A stretch of 64,000 nucleotides of DNA from an uncultured delta proteobacterium (GTDB lineage Bacteria > Desulfobacterota > Desulfuromonadia > Geobacterales > DSM-12255): positions 64,001 to 128,000 of the forward strand of contig CAWBBV010000011.1 in assembly GCA_963787125.1 (NCBI GenBank). Reading direction: 5' to 3'. The notes under the pieces are model-generated. The model ran no database searches and was not told the origin of the DNA. It saw only the letters and a program-made list of their open reading frames with translations. Below are positions 29,569 to 40,684 of the stretch, piece by piece (position 1 is the stretch's first letter; each line of letters opens with the position of its first letter). A program made the translations under genes and the position numbers.

Positions 29569-30369
29569 ATGAGCAGGATAACCAGCAAGTTCGAGCAGTT
29601 AAAGCGTGAAGGGCGCAAAGCTCTTATTACCTTCATAACCGCCGGAGACCCGAATCTGGCGCTCACGGAGCGGCTTGTGCCGGAGATGGCTGCAGCCGGA
29701 GCTGACATTATCGAGCTTGGAGTCCCTTTTTCGGACCCCATGGCAGATGGCCCGACCATTCAGCTGTCATCCGAGCGGGCTCTGGCAGGTGGCACGAGCT
29801 TGAAATCTATTTTAGCTTCGGTAAAAAACATCCGCCTAAAGTGTGCTACGCCGATTCTGCTGATGGGGTATTACAATCCTGTCCTTGCTTTCGGCGTGGA
29901 TAAATTCTGCAACGAGGCTGCCGCCGCAGGAGTTGACGCGGTTCTGCTGGTGGATCTCCCCCCCGAGGAAGCAGGGGATTTTCTTCGCTCGGCAACCAGG
30001 CACAAAATAGATTTCATCCCGCTCCTGACACCGACTTCGGATGCGTCACGCATCGCCAAGGTTAAAGCTATCGGCCGGGGTTTTATCTATTACGTTTCTG
30101 TGGCCGGAGTGACTGGCGCCAGAGCGAGCGTTGCCGTTGACATCGAAACTATGGTTGAAAACATCCGTGCGGAAACTGCACTTCCGGTTGCAGTTGGTTT
30201 TGGTATCTCGACCCCCCAACAGGCGGGGGAAGTGGCTAAACTGGCTGACGGCGTTGTTGTCGGCAGCGCGCTGGTCAAGCTTTTCGAGCAGTACACGGGT
30301 GATGAACTTGTCCGGCAGGTGACCGCTGCTATCCGCGCGCTCAAGGTTGGCATTGAGCAAATTGATTGA
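29569..30369 (+). CDS. trpA: Tryptophan synthase alpha chain
   Basis: [37 protein letters not shown]. Confidence 0.97.
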   Translation: MSRITSKFEQLKREGRKALITFITAGDPNLALTERLVPEMAAAGADIIELGVPFSDPMADGPTIQLSSERALAGGTSLKSILASVKNIRLKCATPILLMGYYNPVLAFGVDKFCNEAAAAGVDAVLLVDLPPEEAGDFLRSATRHKIDFIPLLTPTSDASRIAKVKAIGRGFIYYVSVAGVTGARASVAVDIETMVENIRAETALPVAVGFGISTPQQAGEVAKLADGVVVGSALVKLFEQYTGDELVRQVTAAIRALKVGIEQID

Positions 30370-30435
30370 CTTGGTAGCCGAATTCTGTTACCTGCATTTA
30401 GCGAAACTGTAAACGAATCTTTTCAGGGGTGACAT

Positions 30436-31290
30436 ATGTCCTGGTTCAAACGAAGTAAAGCTCCAATGGCAGTAATGGATGAAAAGAAAGGAAAAGCACC
30501 TGAAGGGCTCTGGTTAAAGTGCCCGGCCTGCGCTGAAACGCTGCTTACCAAAGACGTTGAGACCAATCTCAATGTCTGCCCGAAATGTGGCCATCATTTC
30601 AGAATCTCTGCCCAGCAGCGGATTGACCTCCTGCTGGATGAGGGGAGCTTTAACGAGTATGATGCCGGCATGGTCTCGGTGGATTTCCTTGAATTTAAAG
30701 ACTCAAAAAGCTATAAAGCCAGGATCGATGCGGCTCTGGCCAAAGGTGGCTCCAAAGATGCGATCATCTGCGGTGAAGGAAAGGTCGACGGGCTTGCCGT
30801 TCAACTGGCCGTCTTTGACTTCTCTTTCATGGGTGGCAGCATGGGGAGCGTTGTCGGCGAGAAAATCACCCGGGCGATCGAACGCGGTCTTCTCCACGGA
30901 AATCCTGTCATAATCGTCTCTGCTTCCGGCGGCGCGCGGATGCAGGAGAGCATTCTTTCTCTCATGCAGATGGCGAAAACCTCTGCCGCGCTTGCAAAAA
31001 TGAAGGCAAAAGGGCTGCCATTCATCTCCATCCTGACTGACCCGACGACCGGCGGCGTAACTGCCAGCTTTGCCATGCTGGGGGACGTGAATATTGCCGA
31101 ACCGAAGGCACTGATCGGCTTTGCCGGGCCACGGGTTATCGAGCAGACGATCAGGGCAAAACTGCCGGAAGGTTTCCAGCGGGCCGAATACCTGCTCGAT
31201 CACGGTATGGTTGATATTATTGTCCAGCGGAGCGAGATGAAAGCAACACTTTCCAGAATCCTCGGGATGCTCTGCAGGGTGGCGGCGTAA
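30436..31290 (+). CDS. accD: Acetyl-CoA carboxylase carboxyltransferase beta subunit
   Basis: C..C zinc finger, [31 protein letters not shown]. Confidence 0.97.
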   Translation: MSWFKRSKAPMAVMDEKKGKAPEGLWLKCPACAETLLTKDVETNLNVCPKCGHHFRISAQQRIDLLLDEGSFNEYDAGMVSVDFLEFKDSKSYKARIDAALAKGGSKDAIICGEGKVDGLAVQLAVFDFSFMGGSMGSVVGEKITRAIERGLLHGNPVIIVSASGGARMQESILSLMQMAKTSAALAKMKAKGLPFISILTDPTTGGVTASFAMLGDVNIAEPKALIGFAGPRVIEQTIRAKLPEGFQRAEYLLDHGMVDIIVQRSEMKATLSRILGMLCRVAA

Positions 31291-31313
31291 GAGCTGCTCC
31301 CGTTACAGTTGTT

Positions 31314-31353
31314 AAAAAGCCCTTCTTGATGTATACGGAAGGGCTTTTTCTTT
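31314..31353 (+). terminator. Rho-independent terminator after accD
   Basis: aaaaagcccttc...gaagggctttttcttt. Confidence 0.75.
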
Positions 31354-31414
31354 GGTGCGGCAGGCCCAAATCCCTCGACTTTCACCGCTCTATTACCTAT
31401 AATTCCACGCTGAA

Positions 31415-32689
31415 ATGACCTATAGTGAAATATTGACACATATCTTCAGCCGCGGCCGTTTCGGCATTAAACCGGGGCTTGAACGGGTGACCGAAATCCT
31501 CGTCAGGCTCGGCAATCCTCACCTGAAACTGAAGGTTGTGCAGATTGCCGGCACCAACGGCAAAGGGTCGACCGGAGCTTTTCTCTCGGCTATTATGACT
31601 GCTGCCGGCTGCCGGACAGCTTTTTTCTCCTCACCCCATCTGTCGAACTTTTCCGAAAGATTCCGTATCAACGACAGTGAAGTTTCTGCCGGGCACCTTC
31701 ATGCAGCCGCTGAACGGGTGCTGACAATTGCTCCCTCTGAAGCCACTTTCTTTGAAATAGTTACTGCAATCGGTTATCTCCTCTTCGCAGAGGCAAAAGT
31801 TGACCTGGCAATCATGGAGGCTGGCATGGGCGGGCGGTTTGATGCAACCAACGTTGTGGAAAACATTCTGGCGATAATTACCCCCATAAGCCTTGACCAC
31901 TGCGCTTATCTTGGCAACACCCCTGGATTGATTGCGACTGAAAAAGCCGGGATCATCAATCAGGGAGCGCCGGTGATTATTGCAACCCAGGAACCTGAGG
32001 CGCTGCGCCCGTTGCTGGCAGCGGCAGCAGCCTTCAATTCCAGGGTCTATCTTTATGGCAGGGATTTCAGTGCCGCCAGCTCATTGGCAGGCTTGTCCTA
32101 TGCCGGTGGTGATTGTTCTCTGGAGACTCTCGACCTCTCGCTCAAAGGGCGCTTTCAGACGGTAAACTGCGCCGTCGCCATAACCGCAGCCAGGCTCCTT
32201 GGGGACGCCGGTTTTCCCGTAACTGCCGAAGCTATTCGCCAAGGAGTTGCCAGGGCAGTCTGGCCCGGCAGACTGGAACTTTTCGCGGGGAGTCCGAACA
32301 TCCTTCTCGATGGTGCCCATAACCCGGCGGGGGCCCTCTCTCTGACAGAGTCACTCCAGGATTACAGTTACAAAAGACTTTTCCTCGTTGTCGGCATGCT
32401 GGCTGACAAGGCCTGGCAGGAGACGCTCGCCCCGCTGCTGGCAATTGCCGATCAGGTGATAACAGTTGAACCCGCTATTGACAGGGCTCTGCCGGCAAAG
32501 GAACTGGCCGGCTTTTGCCGGCAGTGCGTGACCGGCACTTTTTCTGCCGGGGGTGTGATGGCCGGACTTGAGCGTGCCAGACTTTTGGCCGCGCCTGATG
32601 ACCTTGTGCTCGTCACCGGTTCCCTTTTTACCGTCGGTGAGGCAAGAGCCATTATCACCGGCAAAAGCTATATGCCGATACGCGGCTAA
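31415..32689 (+). CDS. folC: Folylpolyglutamate synthase / dihydrofolate synthase
   Basis: AGTNGKGS, SPHL..F.ER, E.GMGGRFDATN, LDGAHNP, TGSLF.VG. Confidence 0.95.
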   Translation: MTYSEILTHIFSRGRFGIKPGLERVTEILVRLGNPHLKLKVVQIAGTNGKGSTGAFLSAIMTAAGCRTAFFSSPHLSNFSERFRINDSEVSAGHLHAAAERVLTIAPSEATFFEIVTAIGYLLFAEAKVDLAIMEAGMGGRFDATNVVENILAIITPISLDHCAYLGNTPGLIATEKAGIINQGAPVIIATQEPEALRPLLAAAAAFNSRVYLYGRDFSAASSLAGLSYAGGDCSLETLDLSLKGRFQTVNCAVAITAARLLGDAGFPVTAEAIRQGVARAVWPGRLELFAGSPNILLDGAHNPAGALSLTESLQDYSYKRLFLVVGMLADKAWQETLAPLLAIADQVITVEPAIDRALPAKELAGFCRQCVTGTFSAGGVMAGLERARLLAAPDDLVLVTGSLFTVGEARAIITGKSYMPIRG

Positions 32690-32719
32690 AAAAGTACGTA
32701 CGCTTTAATAAGGAAATTT

Positions 32720-34750
32720 GTGCCGATATTTTTATTATCATTAATATTTGCTCTGACTGCCTGGCTGCCGGTCCTGGCTGCCGAACCCGGCCAGTTGGTT
32801 ATAAAGGCCGACAAGGTCAGTCATGAGCAGAATAATGACGTCATCAACGCTTCCGGAAATGTCGAGATCGACTGGAGCGGGTCCAAACTTTATGCCGATA
32901 TGGCAGAATATTACCGGGGAAAAGGGACAGTTACCGCCAAGGGGGCTGTCAAACTGCTCAAGGGTAGCGACACTCTTTCCGGAGAGAGCGCCGAATTTGA
33001 AGTAGCGAGTAAAACCGGGGTTATTAACAACGGCACTATCTTCATAAAAAGTAATAACCTTCATCTGAACGGCTCAAAAATAGAAAAGACCGGCGATCAG
33101 GATTACCGGATCAAGGACGCCACCATAACCTCCTGTGACGGTGACAAGCCAAGCTGGAAGTTCCGGGTGGAAGATCTGAAAATGACTGTTGACGACTTTG
33201 CTTACGGTAAGAACGCGCTTTTCTATCTCAGTGACATTCCTGTTCTCTGGCTGCCATACCTGATTTATCCTGCCAAGACCGAAAGGCAGTCCGGCTTTTT
33301 GATACCGACTGTCGGGAACTCCTCCAAGAAAGGGGCTTTCCTCGAAATCCCCTACTACTGGGCACCTTCACCAAGCGTGGACATGACCATGACTGCGGAT
33401 CTGCAGAGCAAACGCGGCATGGGTGTTGCGCTCGAACATCGCTACCTTGGCCTTGACAAAGGCCATGGCTTGAGTAAAGGGTATCTGATCTACGACACCG
33501 ACAAGGAAAAGTTTCGCGGTGATCTTGAAATGAAGCAGCAGACCAATTTTACGGAAAACACATACTGGCGGGCGGATGTCAGCCTTACCCTTGATCGCGA
33601 TTTCTTTCGCGACTACGGGGTCATGAGTGGCGATTACAACCGGCAATATCTCGGTGCGACCGCTTTTTTGACTCATAAAAGCGGTGATCTGCTCCTGAGT
33701 GGCGGGGTTGACTATCTTAACAACCTCGATGCCCCGAACAACAGCGCCACCCTGCAGAAACTGCCGTTCCTGACCTTTAACGGCACAGGCACTGAATTAC
33801 CCGGCACCCCTCTTTACTACTCCTTTGCGACTGCCGCCACAAATTTCACCAGAGATACCGGTGACCGCGGACAGCGGCTGCAGTTAGCACCAAGACTGCT
33901 TTTACCTCTCAAAAGCGGCGACCTGTTTTACGGCTCCGTCTGGGGCGGCTACAATCAAAGGTTCTACAGTGCCGATGCAAGCGGTGAAGCAAACGGCTCA
34001 AGCAAGCTGGGACTGCTTGAGGGTGGCGCCGTTGTGCGGACGGAACTGGCAAGAGTTTATGACTCGCCACTACCGGAATTCGGCAAGATAAAACATTCGA
34101 TTACCCCGGAAATATCCTACTCGGTGGCAGAAAAACATAATCAGAACGATCTCCCTTTTTTTGATTACGATGACAGGGTTGTTGGCGGGCAACTACTAAC
34201 CTTGTCGTTGCTCAACAGACTTACCGGACGCTTTGTCAAAGGGGAGCAGACCGAGTACCGCGACCTGGCGAGATTCAGCGTGTCCCAGGGGTACCAGTTA
34301 AGCGGAGAACGGCGCGATCTGCTGGTGCTTGTCGATTATGGCCGCCCTTTTACAGACACCAGGCTGCTGCTGGAGCTCTTTCCTGCCCCTGACTGGCGGC
34401 TTTATACAGACAACCGGATCAGCCCTTACAACGGCAACGTGACAAACTCATCGCTAACTACCGAGGTGTCCGACGCTAAAGGGTCACGAGCATCGCTGGG
34501 ATATCATCATGCTGAACGAGTGCTCGACTATATCGAAGGCAAGGTTTCTTACGCTGAATTCAAGCCTTATACTCTCGCGGCAACGGGTCGCTACTCCTTT
34601 GACCGGCCCGGATATCTTGAAACTCTCTACTCACTGGAGTATAAACATCAGTGCTGGGGGGTGATTTTTTCCTACAGGGACCGGATTGACAACAAGGAGT
34701 TTTCGTTCACTTTTAATCTCTCCGGGTTGGGTAATTTTAAACTGCTATAA
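32720..34750 (+). CDS. lptD: LPS-assembly protein LptD
   Basis: OstA-like N-terminus, TSC...PSW, RQSGFLIP, PYYW, C-terminal QCWG beta strands. Confidence 0.88.
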   Translation: MPIFLLSLIFALTAWLPVLAAEPGQLVIKADKVSHEQNNDVINASGNVEIDWSGSKLYADMAEYYRGKGTVTAKGAVKLLKGSDTLSGESAEFEVASKTGVINNGTIFIKSNNLHLNGSKIEKTGDQDYRIKDATITSCDGDKPSWKFRVEDLKMTVDDFAYGKNALFYLSDIPVLWLPYLIYPAKTERQSGFLIPTVGNSSKKGAFLEIPYYWAPSPSVDMTMTADLQSKRGMGVALEHRYLGLDKGHGLSKGYLIYDTDKEKFRGDLEMKQQTNFTENTYWRADVSLTLDRDFFRDYGVMSGDYNRQYLGATAFLTHKSGDLLLSGGVDYLNNLDAPNNSATLQKLPFLTFNGTGTELPGTPLYYSFATAATNFTRDTGDRGQRLQLAPRLLLPLKSGDLFYGSVWGGYNQRFYSADASGEANGSSKLGLLEGGAVVRTELARVYDSPLPEFGKIKHSITPEISYSVAEKHNQNDLPFFDYDDRVVGGQLLTLSLLNRLTGRFVKGEQTEYRDLARFSVSQGYQLSGERRDLLVLVDYGRPFTDTRLLLELFPAPDWRLYTDNRISPYNGNVTNSSLTTEVSDAKGSRASLGYHHAERVLDYIEGKVSYAEFKPYTLAATGRYSFDRPGYLETLYSLEYKHQCWGVIFSYRDRIDNKEFSFTFNLSGLGNFKLL

Positions 34751-34842
34751 AGCTTGAGCCTGAAACCCTTACCTGAACAAAGATCACAACTGAAACTACA
34801 GATAACAACTGATTTACATTCATTTAAACAATGGAGGAGATA

Positions 34843-35673
34843 ATGATTTTAGTCATAGGTGCAAACGGGATGCTCGGCCACGACCTCATGAAAGTTTTGG
34901 AGGGAGATGTCCGCGGGATTGATCTGCCGGATATCGATATAACTTCACTGGAATCGGTCAGAAGGATTCTGTTGACTCTCAAACCGAAGGTTATTATCAA
35001 CTCTGCGGCCTATACCGATGTTGACGGCTGTGAGACGAATGTCGAACAGGCGATGGCGGTGAACGGAGAAGGGGTTGGACTGCTGGCGCTTACTGCGCGG
35101 GAGATTGGGGCCAAACTGGTACAAATCAGCACCGACTATGTCTTTAACGGTGCCAAAGGGAGCCCTTATCTTGAGTATGATCCGGTCGGGCCCTTGAGTA
35201 TTTACGGTGAGTCCAAACTGGCAGGCGAACTGAACGCCGCCATGGTGCCGGAGCATCTGATTGTCCGTACTCAGTGGCTTTACGGCATTCACGGCAAGAA
35301 CTTCGTCGAAACGATGCTGCGGCTGGCACGTGAAAAAAATGAGCTGGCAGTGGTGGACGATCAGATCGGTTCGCCAACCTGGACTTACGATCTTGCCTTG
35401 GCAATCAAAGCGCTGCTTGAGAAAAAATGCAGCGGTATCTATCATGCCGCCAACAGCGGCTACTGTTCCTGGAACGAGTTTGCCAAAGCAATATTCGAGG
35501 AAGAAGGGCTGGAGATCACGGTCAATGGCATGACAACCAAAGAGCTGAACCGCCCGGCAAACAGGCCTTTGTACTCAACTCTTGACTGCGGTCTGTTGGC
35601 GAAGGACAGCGGTTTTTACCCGCAGCCGTGGCGAGAAGCCTTGAAGGCGTATCTTCACTTGAGGCAGAAGTAA
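34843..35673 (+). CDS. rfbD: dTDP-4-dehydrorhamnose reductase
   Basis: GANGMLG, AAYTDVD.CE, STDYVF.G, YGESK..GE, DQIGSPT. Confidence 0.95.
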   Translation: MILVIGANGMLGHDLMKVLEGDVRGIDLPDIDITSLESVRRILLTLKPKVIINSAAYTDVDGCETNVEQAMAVNGEGVGLLALTAREIGAKLVQISTDYVFNGAKGSPYLEYDPVGPLSIYGESKLAGELNAAMVPEHLIVRTQWLYGIHGKNFVETMLRLAREKNELAVVDDQIGSPTWTYDLALAIKALLEKKCSGIYHAANSGYCSWNEFAKAIFEEEGLEITVNGMTTKELNRPANRPLYSTLDCGLLAKDSGFYPQPWREALKAYLHLRQK

Positions 35674-37149
35674 TTGCCGGGCTCTGCTGACTGCAGACTT
35701 TATCTCAGCGCGGTGCTGCTTGTTTTTCTCCTGCTACCTGTATCCTTGCGAGCAGAAACAAATAATTTCATCAACCTCGACGAATTGAAACCCGGCATGA
35801 AGGGGCAAGCAGTGTCAGTCTTTCGCGGCACCGCGCCGGAGGCTTTTGGCGTCGAACTGCAGGGGGTCGTTGACGGACCGCTGGCAGGGAGCAGGTACAT
35901 GCTGCTCAAGGTGAGTGATGAGTCCCTTCGGGTAGGTTCGGGCTTCAGCGGCAGTCCTGTCTATTTTGACGGCAGGCTGGCCGGCGCCATTTCACACATG
36001 GAACAGAACCTGGCAAGCCAGATGGCCATGGCCGTGCCGATCGCCCGCATGCTGGAAGATGCCGCCAGACCGGCTTTGACAGCTGTCAGCACCTCTTTGC
36101 CGGTCATGAAACTCCCGCCTGGCAGCATGATCGCCATCCCCCTGGTCAGGGGTGATTTCTGGATGGGATCGTCCGGCACCGTAACCTACGTCAACAACGA
36201 CCTCCTCCTTGCTTTTGGCCACGAAAACTTTTTCTATGGTGACAGCGTCCAGCTCCCCATCCACCGCGCCACGGTGCACGGTGTCATCCCTCGCCTCGAC
36301 ATCTCCCACAAGGAGGCCTCACCCCTCGAAGAGATCGGCAGTGTCATCTGGGACGGCAAGTCGGCCCTGGTCGGCCGCCTCGGCGTCAAGGCCGCCATGG
36401 TGCCATTAACGATTGATTATAAAAGTGCCGGTGGCACCGGAAAACACTTCGACCTGGAGATGGCCAGTCACAGTAGAATGGCTCCCGGGATTATAACCCG
36501 CGTCTGCCGCGCGGTCATCTATGATCATCTTCCCAATAGTCCTGCTGGTTCCGACCTTGAAATCATCCTTACAGTTACACTGCAGGGTCTGGATAAACCG
36601 GTTGTCATCAACCAGCGCTTCAGCGCTGAGCTGCTGAAGAACGACCTGGCTGCGACATCAAATCCACTCCAGGTCCTATTGACGGCGCTGCTCTTCCCGT
36701 TGTCCGACAAGCAGGTAATCAAGTCCATAACCATGAGCATGGTTGATCTTCCAGTAGCAAAAACTGCCCGTATCGCCGAGGCTGCCTTTACCACGACCAA
36801 AGCAAGAGCCGGGGATACGGTTAATCTGCGGGTGCGTCTCAGCGGGCCTTTCGGAGAACCGCAGGATATAAGCGTGCCGCTTCAGATTCCCCTGGATTAC
36901 GACCATCCCCGTTTCAGTGTCTCCGTCAATGCCGGGAGATCAGTCCGCCCGGAGGAGACATCCCCGGATTCCATTGAAAAAATCGCTGCCTGGCTCGCCG
37001 CCATTGCCCGCAGCGATGAGCTGGTGATTCTTGCGCCGGCAGGCAGCAGAGGCAGTACTTATCCGGAGGCCCGTCTTGACCGTGCTGTTACCCGTACAAC
37101 CTGGAATCTTGAGGGTGGTGTCGAAACAAGCATTGCGGTACAGGAGTAA
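35674..37149 (+). CDS. SpoIVB-like peptidase S55 domain secreted protein
   Basis: LKPGMKG, GFSGSPVYFDGRLAGAIS, GTVTY, AFGH; start codon uncertain. Confidence 0.8.
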   Translation: MPGSADCRLYLSAVLLVFLLLPVSLRAETNNFINLDELKPGMKGQAVSVFRGTAPEAFGVELQGVVDGPLAGSRYMLLKVSDESLRVGSGFSGSPVYFDGRLAGAISHMEQNLASQMAMAVPIARMLEDAARPALTAVSTSLPVMKLPPGSMIAIPLVRGDFWMGSSGTVTYVNNDLLLAFGHENFFYGDSVQLPIHRATVHGVIPRLDISHKEASPLEEIGSVIWDGKSALVGRLGVKAAMVPLTIDYKSAGGTGKHFDLEMASHSRMAPGIITRVCRAVIYDHLPNSPAGSDLEIILTVTLQGLDKPVVINQRFSAELLKNDLAATSNPLQVLLTALLFPLSDKQVIKSITMSMVDLPVAKTARIAEAAFTTTKARAGDTVNLRVRLSGPFGEPQDISVPLQIPLDYDHPRFSVSVNAGRSVRPEETSPDSIEKIAAWLAAIARSDELVILAPAGSRGSTYPEARLDRAVTRTTWNLEGGVETSIAVQE

Positions 37150-37152
37150 CTC

Positions 37153-37878
37153 GTGAACCGGATTGCACCACCATGGGCCGGCCGGTTTTCGCGACCGTTG
37201 GCACGCAACCGCTACGCCATTGGTGACGTTCACGGTTGCTGTCTGACCCTGCAGACATTAATCGAGGACGTTCTGCAGTTTGGGCCGGATGACATCCTGT
37301 TTATGCTGGGAGATTATATCGACCGCGGCCCGGACAGTAAGGGAGTGCTCGACTACCTGCGGCGGCTGATCTGGGAGAAGGATTACGATCTCCGGCTGCT
37401 CATGGGCAATCATGAAGAGCTCTGCCAGAATTCCGCCGGCGGTGATTCTCTTGCAAGAGACATCTGGTACAGCAACGGTGGCGGCTTGACAATGGAACAA
37501 CTCGGGGTGGAGCGGCCTGAGGATATTCCGAAAACGTATCTGGATTTCATGGCAGCCATGCCGCGAATCCTCACCGAGCCTGATTATGTCTTTGCCCATG
37601 CCGGGCTGGACTTTACGACCAGAGACCCAATCAGTGAGACTTCGCCACAACACCTCCTCTGGGCGCGCAGCGGGCGGGTACAACCAAAAAACATCAACGG
37701 TCGCACTCTGGTCTGCGGCCATACCAAAACACCCCTCTTCGCCATCAGGGAGTCATTGAGCACGTCGATCATCTGCCTTGATAACGGCTGTTATGACAGA
37801 GGGCATATGGGGTATGGCAGTCTTGTCGCGTTGAATCTGGATACGCGGGAGCTGTCGGTGCAGGAAAATTGTGAATAG
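37153..37878 (+). CDS. Calcineurin-like metallophosphoesterase (PPP-type Ser/Thr phosphatase)
   Basis: GDVHG, GDYIDRG, GNHE, HAG, GHT, LD.G. Confidence 0.9.
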   Translation: MNRIAPPWAGRFSRPLARNRYAIGDVHGCCLTLQTLIEDVLQFGPDDILFMLGDYIDRGPDSKGVLDYLRRLIWEKDYDLRLLMGNHEELCQNSAGGDSLARDIWYSNGGGLTMEQLGVERPEDIPKTYLDFMAAMPRILTEPDYVFAHAGLDFTTRDPISETSPQHLLWARSGRVQPKNINGRTLVCGHTKTPLFAIRESLSTSIICLDNGCYDRGHMGYGSLVALNLDTRELSVQENCE

Positions 37879-37929
37879 TGCGGGTCAAAGCAGTTTCTAT
37901 AAAAATTGAGACTTTAGGGGAGATTGAGC

Positions 37930-38859
37930 ATGAAACGGTTAATGTTGCTGCTGGTAGGAGCTATGCTGATGTCGTTGTGGGGGGGAGCGGTTTTTGCCGC
38001 CGATGATCGCTTTGTTGTAGCTGATCAGACTGTGATGGACAAAATCACGGGCCTTGTCTGGACAAAAGATGCCAACCTTGGGAAACGGAAATGGGATGGC
38101 GCCTTCACGCTGATCAAGGAGTTGAATCAGAAAAAATATGCCGGATTTGCTGATTGGCGGCTGCCCAGCAAGGAGGAGTTGCAGGCGCTGATCGTCTACG
38201 CCAACGGCTTGGGTTACAACGATTCAGACCGTGCACCATACCAGCTTTTCAATGAACTCGGCTTTACCAATGTTCAGGCGGACGGCTACTGGTCGGCCAC
38301 TCCCGGACCGGACTACACAATGACTAAAGGCGCTTATCTCGCGGACATGAGCTCAAGTCAAGTGGCTAACGTCGCCAAAGGGACCAGCGTCTACGTCTGG
38401 CCCGTGCGTGTGGGTGGGAAGCCATTGGATGTCGAAACCCCGGTTGAACTCAACCTGAACTCGATGAGCTTTGAATCTATCCGGAAAGATGGAGTCGTTG
38501 ATGGAAAATCTCAGCTCATCTTAAACTCTAAGATGAGCAGCAATGAGCGAAAATCAGTGGAGGCGCTACTGAAAAGTAATGACTCGACCGCCAGAAAAGA
38601 ACGGGAAAAATCTCTGACCGCCAAGGGTAAAGAACTCTACAGCAAAGGGACTGCTGCTTTCATTGCCGATGCCGGATATTTTTCCCAGGTCATGCTGGTA
38701 GACTGTGAAAATATGACTTTCGGTGTACGCGGAATCAAAATTCTCAATTGGGGGAAACGGCCTTTAATGGAGGATTTGCAGGAAGCAGGTTCTGTTGATT
38801 ACATGACGATCCCGCGGGATAAGTTCGGCGACACTCTTAAACATTTTGGCTGTCAATAA
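37930..38859 (+). CDS. Secreted DUF1566 (Lcl C-terminal) domain protein with an extra C-terminal domain
   Basis: D..TGLVW, YAGFADWRLPS.EEL, YWS, VWPVR. Confidence 0.85.
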   Translation: MKRLMLLLVGAMLMSLWGGAVFAADDRFVVADQTVMDKITGLVWTKDANLGKRKWDGAFTLIKELNQKKYAGFADWRLPSKEELQALIVYANGLGYNDSDRAPYQLFNELGFTNVQADGYWSATPGPDYTMTKGAYLADMSSSQVANVAKGTSVYVWPVRVGGKPLDVETPVELNLNSMSFESIRKDGVVDGKSQLILNSKMSSNERKSVEALLKSNDSTARKEREKSLTAKGKELYSKGTAAFIADAGYFSQVMLVDCENMTFGVRGIKILNWGKRPLMEDLQEAGSVDYMTIPRDKFGDTLKHFGCQ

Positions 38860-38896
38860 ACGGTAAAGCTAACGTTCAGCAAGGGAGTTTATAGTT

Positions 38897-40090
38897 ATGC
38901 GTCTTCGCGTAAACAGAATCGTTGTGCTGATGGCAGTGATCTATGGAATACTTTCAGTTGCCGGCGTTGAGGCGCGGTCCCGGAAAGAGACTAAAATTGT
39001 AGACAACTCACAGATTGTTGATGAAGTCGATGCCATAGAAGCGCGTTTTTTAGATTCTTCCGTCTCTACGGAGTGCACCGCCTTAATGAAAAAAGTTGTT
39101 GCCGATGTTCGCTTGGGAAATACTCAAGACAAGTCATTCGCAGGTCATGCAGAGATGGTTAAGAGCTGGAATGTTGCGTATGATGATCCGAATAACGTCA
39201 AAACGGCCGGGGAATGGATAAGGATGTTCGGAATTCGGGATTTAAATAGAAACTGCAAATCCGTTGAAGTTCTGTTCATGTCGCAATACGCAGGGGGGAC
39301 AAAGATGCTTAGTCTTGCTCAGTATGATCTGAGCGGTCTGAATATTGCTCCCGATAGCAAGATATTTGGCCGGGGAATAGTTAGCGGGAACACCTCAACT
39401 GAATATGTGTTTAAAATGTATGCCGGTGGACATGACGCCGGCACAAAAGTGCCGGTAGCTACCAATACAGAAAAAGAGTTTGTCTGCATTGGGGGTGAAT
39501 GTGTTGTTGCTACTCTTGCCGAAGCCTTTGAAAAAGGCTGGCTAACTCCGGAGTCCCCGGTGCCGACGACTGTAAAACGAGACCTGGCCGGATTATTCGA
39601 GCAGAAACGCTTGCAAAAGCTGGAAGCTTATCGGGCAGAGTTTCGCATGGCAGTATCTTCTAAGGAGTTCGACGCCTTTATCAGTAAATATGCCGGCAAC
39701 GACCAAGACAGTTTGCTTCCAGCTGCGCGCAGCAAAAAAACAGCGGCACTGCTGCGGGAATATCGCGAAGCGTTCAAGGCTGCATACTCAACTGCTACCC
39801 TGGATGACTTTATGGAAAAATATTCGGCGAACGACCCTGACAAGCTGGTTCCCCAAGCAAAGAAACTACGCGTAGCAGCAGCAGTCAGAGAAAATCGTGA
39901 GCGCGAAGAAGCAGAACGCAGATGGCAAGCCGATGCCCCCCGCAGGCAGCATAACGCCATATGTGATGCCAACTATTTCACCTGCAAGGCTGGTTGCAAC
40001 ACTATTGTCGGGTCTCACTACGAAGCCTGGGACGCCCGCAACAAGTGCGAGCAAAACTGTTCGAGTGCCAAAAGTTCGTGTTCGCGCTAG
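38897..40090 (+). CDS. Secreted hypothetical protein with a tandem helical repeat and Cys-rich tail
   Basis: Signal peptide, 397-aa ORF with GGGAG RBS. Confidence 0.75.
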   Translation: MRLRVNRIVVLMAVIYGILSVAGVEARSRKETKIVDNSQIVDEVDAIEARFLDSSVSTECTALMKKVVADVRLGNTQDKSFAGHAEMVKSWNVAYDDPNNVKTAGEWIRMFGIRDLNRNCKSVEVLFMSQYAGGTKMLSLAQYDLSGLNIAPDSKIFGRGIVSGNTSTEYVFKMYAGGHDAGTKVPVATNTEKEFVCIGGECVVATLAEAFEKGWLTPESPVPTTVKRDLAGLFEQKRLQKLEAYRAEFRMAVSSKEFDAFISKYAGNDQDSLLPAARSKKTAALLREYREAFKAAYSTATLDDFMEKYSANDPDKLVPQAKKLRVAAAVRENREREEAERRWQADAPRRQHNAICDANYFTCKAGCNTIVGSHYEAWDARNKCEQNCSSAKSSCSR

Positions 40091-40135
40091 AGGCTTCAGT
40101 AAAACGTGACAGAAATTAATCTCAGGGGGTTAAAC

Positions 40136-40648
40136 ATGCGACAAGTATCACTGATAATTACGGGGATATTGCTGGTTGTGCTGTGCGCAGGAGCTGTTTT
40201 TGCCGATGAAAGCAGGCTTGTATTTTCCAAACAGACGGTAAGGGATAAACAGACTGGTCTAATGTGGACAAGGAATGCCAATCTGGGACAAAAGAACTTG
40301 AATGGTGCAGCTGAACTGGTTGAAACTCTGAATAAGCAGAAGTATGCAGGGTTCGAGGATTGGCGACTGCCAAATGTCATCGAACTGAACGAGTTGGTTA
40401 TGTATGCCGAACATAACGGCGAGGGTTATCCATATCAAATACTCGTCAAAATGGGCTTTGAAGAAGTTCAAAAAGCCTGGTACTGGACATCAAGCAAAAA
40501 CGAACGCTATACATATCCAAGAGAATTTGTTTACTGCGTTACAACCAACAACGGACAATTCGAAGAAAGAAACATCAATAGCGAGAATTACGTTTTACCT
40601 GTGCGCGGTAAAGAAGGTCCGGCAAAATTAACCACTACTCCACTATAA
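40136..40648 (+). CDS. Secreted DUF1566 domain protein
   Basis: D..TGLMW, YAGFEDWRLPN..EL, YWTS, VLPVR. Confidence 0.85.
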   Translation: MRQVSLIITGILLVVLCAGAVFADESRLVFSKQTVRDKQTGLMWTRNANLGQKNLNGAAELVETLNKQKYAGFEDWRLPNVIELNELVMYAEHNGEGYPYQILVKMGFEEVQKAWYWTSSKNERYTYPREFVYCVTTNNGQFEERNINSENYVLPVRGKEGPAKLTTTPL

Positions 40649-40684
40649 AAAAGATATCGACATGCAGCAAGAGGAGAAGGATTA

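Noticed and set aside
29552..29571. ctttttggagtttg shared upstream of trpA and trpD as an insertion target duplication
   Set aside because: It overlaps the RBS in both cases and does not flank the insert.
37930..40648. DUF1566 genes as targets of a diversity-generating retroelement
   Set aside because: No reverse transcriptase, and no near-identical template repeat differing only at adenines was seen in the window.
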